Shown here one piece after another: positions 43,653 to 48,991 of a DNA stretch of 48,991 bases (its first letter is position 1; each line of letters opens with the position of its first letter). Below the pieces are notes generated by a model. That model saw only the letters and a program-made list of their open reading frames with translations, searched no databases and had not been told where the DNA came from. The stretch spans positions 1-48,991 of the forward strand of contig JBHGAY010000035.1 in NCBI GenBank assembly GCA_041946735.1. The letters run 5' to 3'. The position numbers were made by a program, and so were the translations under genes. The DNA comes from Candidatus Eiseniibacteriota bacterium (GTDB lineage Bacteria > Eisenbacteria > RBG-16-71-46 > CAIMUX01 > VGJL01).

Positions 43653-44252
43653 TCAGCTCTCCTGGAGCAGTCCCTCCACCGCCTTCGCGAGCGACTCCTT
43701 CGACCGCAGTCCTTCGACCTTGACGGCGGTCCGGCCTCCCCGGTCGATCAGGAAGAAGGTCGGGATCGCGGGAACGCCGCCGAAGCGGTTCGCCACCTCG
43801 CCGGAAGGATCGAGAACGATCGGATAGTTGATCCCCATCTGGCGGGCGAAGGCGGCCACGGTCGCGTCCATCCCCGGATTGTCGAGAGAGATTCCCACCA
43901 CCTCGAGACCTTGCGATCCGTACTGCTTCTGCAGATCGATCAGATGCGGGATCGAGGCGCGGCACGGTCCGCACCAGGTCGCCCAGAAATCGACGAGGAC
44001 CACCTTTCCCTTGCGATCCGCGAGCTGGAACGCCTCCCCCGCGAGGGTCGGAAGGCTGAAGTCCGGCGACGGCGATCGGCGGTCCGCCGCGACGACGGGC
44101 AATCCGGAGCCGGAGCCGGCTTCCCCGGCGGGCGTGGCTCGCTCCGCTTCCCGGTCCGTCTTGCGATCGCCGCCGCTGCCTTGGCATGCGGCAAGCAGAA
44201 GGAATGCGAACAGAGGGAGCAGGATCGGAATAGAATGGGCTCTGCGGGTCAA
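43653..44252 (-). CDS. TlpA/ResA-like thiol-disulfide oxidoreductase lipoprotein
   Basis: GAGGAGG RBS and TTG start; lipobox LAAC; DFWATWCGPC; IPTFFLID. Confidence 0.93.
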   Translation of the reverse strand: MTRRAHSIPILLPLFAFLLLAACQGSGGDRKTDREAERATPAGEAGSGSGLPVVAADRRSPSPDFSLPTLAGEAFQLADRKGKVVLVDFWATWCGPCRASIPHLIDLQKQYGSQGLEVVGISLDNPGMDATVAAFARQMGINYPIVLDPSGEVANRFGGVPAIPTFFLIDRGGRTAVKVEGLRSKESLAKAVEGLLQES

Positions 44253-44338
44253 GGTTCCTCCTCTCGGCGGTCGCGCCCCGGCTCTCCGGCGGCGAGAAGC
44301 GCGGCAAGGGCGGCGACCCGACCAGGGTATCACAGGGG

Positions 44339-44902
44339 GTGACGATGGATGGGCGGCACCGGCGGACGGCGGTCGTGGTGGTGAGCGATCGCGCCTCGCG
44401 CGGCGAGTACGAGGACCGCACGGGCCCCGAGATCCATCGCATCCTCTCCGCGTGGGGATGGCCGCCCGAGATCCTCGAGATCGTGCCGGACGAGGAGAGC
44501 CGGATCGCCGACCTTCTCGCCTCCCTGGCCGATCGCGGCGTCGAGCTCATCCTGACGGCGGGCGGCACCGGCCTCTCGCTCCGCGACGTGACGCCGGAGG
44601 CGACGCTCCGTGTCGCCGATCGCCTCGTCCCCGGACTGAGCGAAGCGGTTCGCTCGCGAACGGCCGCCGGCTCTCCGCGAAGCTATCTCTCGCGAGGCGT
44701 CGCGGTCCTTCGCGGCCGCGCGCTCATCCTGAACCTCCCCGGTTCCCCTCGCGGCGCGGCGGAGTCGCTCGAGGCGGTGGCCGACCTCCTTCCCCACGCG
44801 CTGGAAATCCTCCGCGGAGATTCCCCGGCCGGGTCTTCGCATATCGAGGAGCCCCCGCGCTCGCAGACAATGGATTCCGGCCCTCGACCGGCCGATGGCT
44901 GA
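44339..44902 (+). CDS. MogA/MoaB family molybdopterin adenylyltransferase
   Basis: VSDR...G.YED.TG, VPDE, TAGGTG...RDVTPEA, LSRG, NLPGSP. Confidence 0.93.
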   Translation: MTMDGRHRRTAVVVVSDRASRGEYEDRTGPEIHRILSAWGWPPEILEIVPDEESRIADLLASLADRGVELILTAGGTGLSLRDVTPEATLRVADRLVPGLSEAVRSRTAAGSPRSYLSRGVAVLRGRALILNLPGSPRGAAESLEAVADLLPHALEILRGDSPAGSSHIEEPPRSQTMDSGPRPADG

Positions 44903-44951
44903 TTCAGGATCCCGTGGCTCGATCGTCCGCCCGGCACTCTCGGAGGAAGCG

Positions 44952-47573
44952 ATGTTCCGTCCCATCCTGCGCGCTTTCACCCGCGCTCTCACTCGCGCTT
45001 TCACCGGCGCCTTCACCAGCGCCTTCACCAGCGCTTTCACCCGCGTTTCCGAAGACGGTCGTGCGCCCCGCTGCGCGGCTCGCTGCGCGACCAGCTCCGC
45101 GACCCGCGTTCCGCTCGCCTGGCTGCTGCTTCCGCTGCTGGCGGCCCTTCCGGCTTCCGGGGGCGCAGCCGATCTCAGAGCGGGGGTGCATCCGCTGCTT
45201 CGCCGCGCGCTGACCGTCCCTTCGGAGGGAATCCCGGTGGCGTTGCGGTCCCAGGACGCGCCGTCCTCGATCGTCCCGAGCGTCGCCGGGGATCGAGAGA
45301 AGATCCACGCGTGGGTGCGGACCTCGGACGGCGGCCTCTCGCTCCAGACCGCCGGCCTGCTTCCGGCCGGCCGGCCCGCAGCCGTGCGCGGCGCCCGTTG
45401 GACCATCGAGCAGCTCGCGCGCGCCGTGCAGGATCCGACCGTGGTGCGGGTCACTCCGTCGGTCCGTTGCATCCCCAGTCTCGATCTGAGCCTGCCGGAC
45501 GTCGACGCGCCTCACGTCCACGACGGCCCTCCGCCGAACTGGCGGGGCCTCACCGGCAAGAACGTCCTCGTCGGAATCGTCGACACCGGAATCGACCTGC
45601 ACCATTCGGACTTCCTCCGCACGGATGGGAAGACGCGTGTCCTCGCGCTCTGGGACCAGACGGCAACCGGATCGAGCGACCCGCCCCGCGGATTCGACTA
45701 CGGCAAGGAATGGACGGCGGAGCAGATCGATGCGGGGATCGTGAATTCGTTCGACGAGGTCGGGCACGGCACGCACGTCGCAGGGATCGCCGCCGGCAAC
45801 GGCGCCGCGACCGGCAACGGCCAGGCGCCGTACCGCTACGTCGGCATGGCACCGGAAGCCACGATCGCCGTGGTCAAGACCGACTTCTGGGATCAGAGCA
45901 TCGCCGACGGGGTCGCCTACGTCTTCCAGAAGGCCGACTCGCTTGGGATCCCGGCAGTCGTGAACCTGAGCCTGGGCACCCAGTTCGGCCCGCACGACGG
46001 GTCGGACGACTTCAGCTACAACCTGCTCCTCGCCGGCGTCGGCGGCGCGGGGCACCTGCTCGTCGCCGCGGCCGGCAACGAGAACGGGGATGGGATCCAT
46101 GCGTCCCGCTCGCTGGAGCCCGGCGCGACCTCCGCGATGACCTTCCACATTCCCCCATACACGCCGCAGAACGGGAACAGCAACGACGAGGTCGATCTGG
46201 ACGGATGGTACGACGCGAGCGCCGGCCTCTCGCTCGAGATGGTGAGCCCCGGCGGCCACCACGTCGGCCCGGTCGCGCGCGGCGACGAGACGGCGGTCGA
46301 TACGCCGGACGGCCGCGTGGAGATCTCCAACGGAGTGTTCGATCCCTCCAACGGGGACGAGAACTTCTCGATCCGCATCGTGGACCAGATCGTCAACATG
46401 CCTCCGCGCGAGGGGACGTGGCAGATCCGCCTGCAATCGAGCGATCCCGACACCGTGCGCATCGACGTCTGGAACTGGTACTACTCGATGAGCGGGCCGG
46501 TCCGATTCGTCGACGGGCTCGACGAATCGATGACGGTCGGATCTCCGGCGACCGCGGACTCGGCGATCGGCGTCGGCGCCTATACGACGAAGGCGAGCTG
46601 GGTCGACGTGGACGGGATCACTCGCCTCTATGATCCCCCTCCGCAGATCGGAGAGATCGCCTACTTCTCCTCGATCGGTCCGCGGCGGGATGGCGTCGTC
46701 AAACCGGAGGTCGCGGCTCCCGGGCGCGGCGTCGCCTCGGCGCTTTCGGAAGTCGCACGCTATGCGAATCCTTCCATCACGAACTCGGCCATCACCGAGG
46801 ACGGCGTCCACGTCGTCTTCCAGGGGACGAGCATGGCGAGCCCGCACGTGGCCGGACTCTGCGCTCTCATGATGCAGACGTTCGGTCCCTTGACGATTCG
46901 AGACGCGCTCGCCCGTCTGACCGCGAGCGCGCGCTCCGATCCGTTCACCGGTATCGTCCCGAATCCCACCTGGGGCTGGGGGAAGATCGACGCGTTCCAG
47001 GCGACCGCCTACTACACGCCGGTCGTGGTGATCGAGGCTGCGGCCGCGCAGAACGGCGATCGCGTCGAGGTTCGATTCCTTCTCACGGAGGACGTGGCCG
47101 CCGGAGCGCTCGAAGTGTGGCGCGAAGATCCCGGCGCTCCGCGCCATCCGGTGGGCATGAGCGGGTCGGAAGGAGAGCGCCGCTTCGTCGACTCGACGCT
47201 CGTCGAGGAAGGGACCTACCGGTACTGGCTCCGCGTCCCGCAGAGTGACGGCGCCGGCGACCTGTGGCTCGGTCCCGCGGCCGTCACGTTCCGGGCGTCT
47301 CGCCTTTGCCGGATGACGATCTCGCCGAACCCGTTCCTGTCGGAAACGCGAATCGCCTGGCGGGCTCCCGTGCCGGGAGCGGTCGTCTCGATCCACGATC
47401 CGAGCGGGAGGAGGGTCCGAGTCTTCGAGGTGGGCGCGGCGCAACGCAGCGGCACGCGAGTCTGGGACGGGAAGGACGACAGCGGCCATCCGGTCGCGGC
47501 CGGCATCTATTTCGTGACGTTGCAGGCACCCGGCGCGGAGGAGTCGGTCCGAAAGCTGATCCGCATTCGTTAG
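44952..47573 (+). CDS. Secreted S8 subtilisin-like serine protease with an inserted beta domain and a FlgD-Ig-like C-terminal domain
   Basis: Catalytic triad DTG / HGTHVAG / GTSMASP, AAGN oxyanion motif. C-terminus SPNPF...IHDPSGRRVR...WDGKDDSG..VAAGIYFV.L...RKLIRIR. Confidence 0.94.
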   Translation: MFRPILRAFTRALTRAFTGAFTSAFTSAFTRVSEDGRAPRCAARCATSSATRVPLAWLLLPLLAALPASGGAADLRAGVHPLLRRALTVPSEGIPVALRSQDAPSSIVPSVAGDREKIHAWVRTSDGGLSLQTAGLLPAGRPAAVRGARWTIEQLARAVQDPTVVRVTPSVRCIPSLDLSLPDVDAPHVHDGPPPNWRGLTGKNVLVGIVDTGIDLHHSDFLRTDGKTRVLALWDQTATGSSDPPRGFDYGKEWTAEQIDAGIVNSFDEVGHGTHVAGIAAGNGAATGNGQAPYRYVGMAPEATIAVVKTDFWDQSIADGVAYVFQKADSLGIPAVVNLSLGTQFGPHDGSDDFSYNLLLAGVGGAGHLLVAAAGNENGDGIHASRSLEPGATSAMTFHIPPYTPQNGNSNDEVDLDGWYDASAGLSLEMVSPGGHHVGPVARGDETAVDTPDGRVEISNGVFDPSNGDENFSIRIVDQIVNMPPREGTWQIRLQSSDPDTVRIDVWNWYYSMSGPVRFVDGLDESMTVGSPATADSAIGVGAYTTKASWVDVDGITRLYDPPPQIGEIAYFSSIGPRRDGVVKPEVAAPGRGVASALSEVARYANPSITNSAITEDGVHVVFQGTSMASPHVAGLCALMMQTFGPLTIRDALARLTASARSDPFTGIVPNPTWGWGKIDAFQATAYYTPVVVIEAAAAQNGDRVEVRFLLTEDVAAGALEVWREDPGAPRHPVGMSGSEGERRFVDSTLVEEGTYRYWLRVPQSDGAGDLWLGPAAVTFRASRLCRMTISPNPFLSETRIAWRAPVPGAVVSIHDPSGRRVRVFEVGAAQRSGTRVWDGKDDSGHPVAAGIYFVTLQAPGAEESVRKLIRIR
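44970..45048. repeat. 12-bp tandem repeat (x6) at the 5' end of the S8 gene
   Basis: CGCGCTTTCACC-like units encoding RAFT/SAFT. Confidence 0.8.
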
Positions 47574-47615
47574 GTCGGACTTCGGCGGCGCCGGCCGACG
47601 CCTTTCCCGCTCGCC

Positions 47616-48671
47616 TCAGGGATCGCTCTCCGAGGCCGCCGCCCGGCTACGCGCAGAATGCTGGAAGTACTCGATCGTCCCCTGCGCAATGCACTCCGCC
47701 AGCTTCTGGCGATGCGCGGGATCCTGTAGCCGCTTCGCCTCCCCGGGATTGGAGAGGAAGCCGGTTTCGACGAGGATCGACGGGACCTGGAACGACTTCA
47801 GCACGGCGAAGCCCGCCTGCTTCACCCCGCGACTCGCGGCGAGGTTGCTCCGGTCGAGACGATCGAGCACCGCCTCGGCGAGGCGGCTGGACCGCAGGAT
47901 CGTGTCGGACTGACGGAGGTCGAAGCCGAACGGAAGATCCTGAAGCTGCGAATCCTCCTCCACGACCCAGTCGGGATCCGCCTCGTTCTCGAGGCGCGCC
48001 AGTTCCGAAGAAGCCTGGTCCGACGCGCCGCGCAGCGAGAGGAAGAAGACTTCCACGCCGATCGCCTTCGACGCCTTCGCCGCATTGACGTGGATGCTTA
48101 TGAAAGCGTCCGCCTGGTAGGTCTCCGCCTCTTTGCGCCGCTGGACCAGCCCGACGAAACGGTCGTCCGCCCGGGTGAGCTTCGCCTCGAAGTCCGGCGT
48201 CCCGTCGAGAATCTTCTCGAGGCGGCGCGCGACGTCGAGAACCACCTCCTTTTCTCGGATCCCCTTCCTCTGGGCGCCCGGGTCGTGCCCCCCATGTCCG
48301 GGATCGATCAGGATGCGCCAAGGGCCGGTCTTGCGCGGCAGAGGCTCTGCGACCACCGGCGCGGCAGGCACGGCCGGCTGCGGGGACGAAGGAGGCGATG
48401 CGGCCCCGTGCGCGCCTGCTTCCGCGGATCCCGCCTGCCCCTGCCCGGGCTCGCCGCTCGGGTACAGGTCGACGACGCATCGCAGCGGTTTGCCGTCCCG
48501 CGGCGGGACGATCTGCATCTGCGCCTCGCAATCGGCCCTCGTTCGGATCTCCACACGCAGCAGCGAGCCGTCGCATCCCGTCGCGACCGAAGCGAGATCG
48601 GGCTGCGGGGGATACAGCAGCCGCGATGAAGTCTCGGGGCAGAAGCCGGGAAGCAGAACCGCCCAGCCGTT
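47616..48671 (-). CDS. N-acetylmuramoyl-L-alanine amidase (Amidase_3, AmiC-like); native N-terminus absent
   Basis: IDPGHGGHDPGA, EKEV.L, LTR..D.FV.L..R, FISIHVNA, LA.LEN, GVKQAGFAVLK...PSILVETGFLSN. Confidence 0.92.
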   Translation of the reverse strand, partial: NGWAVLLPGFCPETSSRLLYPPQPDLASVATGCDGSLLRVEIRTRADCEAQMQIVPPRDGKPLRCVVDLYPSGEPGQGQAGSAEAGAHGAASPPSSPQPAVPAAPVVAEPLPRKTGPWRILIDPGHGGHDPGAQRKGIREKEVVLDVARRLEKILDGTPDFEAKLTRADDRFVGLVQRRKEAETYQADAFISIHVNAAKASKAIGVEVFFLSLRGASDQASSELARLENEADPDWVVEEDSQLQDLPFGFDLRQSDTILRSSRLAEAVLDRLDRSNLAASRGVKQAGFAVLKSFQVPSILVETGFLSNPGEAKRLQDPAHRQKLAECIAQGTIEYFQHSARSRAAASESDP

Positions 48672-48991
48672 GCCCGAGGCCAGTCGCTCGCGGATCATGC
48701 TGGAAGAAATGGCCAGGGCCGGCACTTCCATGACTCGTATGCGCGGATCCGGGCCAACGAGCGAGAAGTCCGGCCCCAGTTGATCCACAACCTCGGCAAG
48801 CCGCTCCAGATCGTAGCCGGGACGGGTAGCCGCGATGAGCGTGCAGAGCGAAAGCACCCGCCGGGGATCCTTCCAGGAGAGAATATCCAGCACAGCGTCC
48901 GCACCGGTGATGAAGAACAGTTCCGTGTCCGGCGCAAGCGACTCAGCCAGGAATTCAAGGGTGTCGGCGGTGTAGGTGACGCCGTCGGTGT
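48672..48991 (-). CDS. nadD: C-terminal part of nicotinate-nucleotide adenylyltransferase, in frame with the amidase; 5' end outside the window
   Basis: Reading upstream of 48893 gives TYTADTLEFL...TELFFITGADAVLDILSWKDP..VLSLC.LIAATRPGY...EVPALAISSSMIRERLASG, matching the NadD motifs YT.DTL, FI.GAD, W and ISSx.IR. Confidence 0.85.

Overview
High-GC bacterial chromosomal segment from a diderm organism. Four large secreted proteins ending in FlgD-Ig/T9SS-like C-terminal domains, plus a PEP-CTERM protein, suggest (inference) an FCB-related candidate lineage such as Ca. Eisenbacteria. In order: a partial SAM methyltransferase, a secreted beta-barrel protein, an ECF sigma/anti-sigma pair, a metallophosphoesterase-CBM9 protein, a TPR-like protein, RCC1 and YVTN propeller exoproteins, a PEP-CTERM protein with a sigma54 promoter, S2P-CBS and rhomboid proteases, two tandem glgC-family genes, an M14 carboxypeptidase, an aldo-keto reductase, tRNA-Asp, an OMP-SpoIID-nagZ cluster, a fur-feoB-Cys-rich-DtxR/FeoA iron operon with a Fur box, an Ig/PPC lipoprotein, an uncharacterised four-gene membrane operon (FN3+DUF6754-like), a minus-strand TIGR02757-lysS-bEBP-dnaK-DUF1844-grpE-bEBP block, yggS, TlpA, MogA/MoaB, an S8 protease, and an amidase joined in frame to a NadD fragment at the right edge. 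No CRISPR, transposase or prophage genes were seen. The best candidates for something new are the four-gene membrane operon (possibly an inverted-topology transporter), a sigma54 promoter and enhancer driving dnaK between two atypical activators, and a degenerate 42-43 bp non-coding tandem array. All calls come from reading motifs by eye, without database searches.
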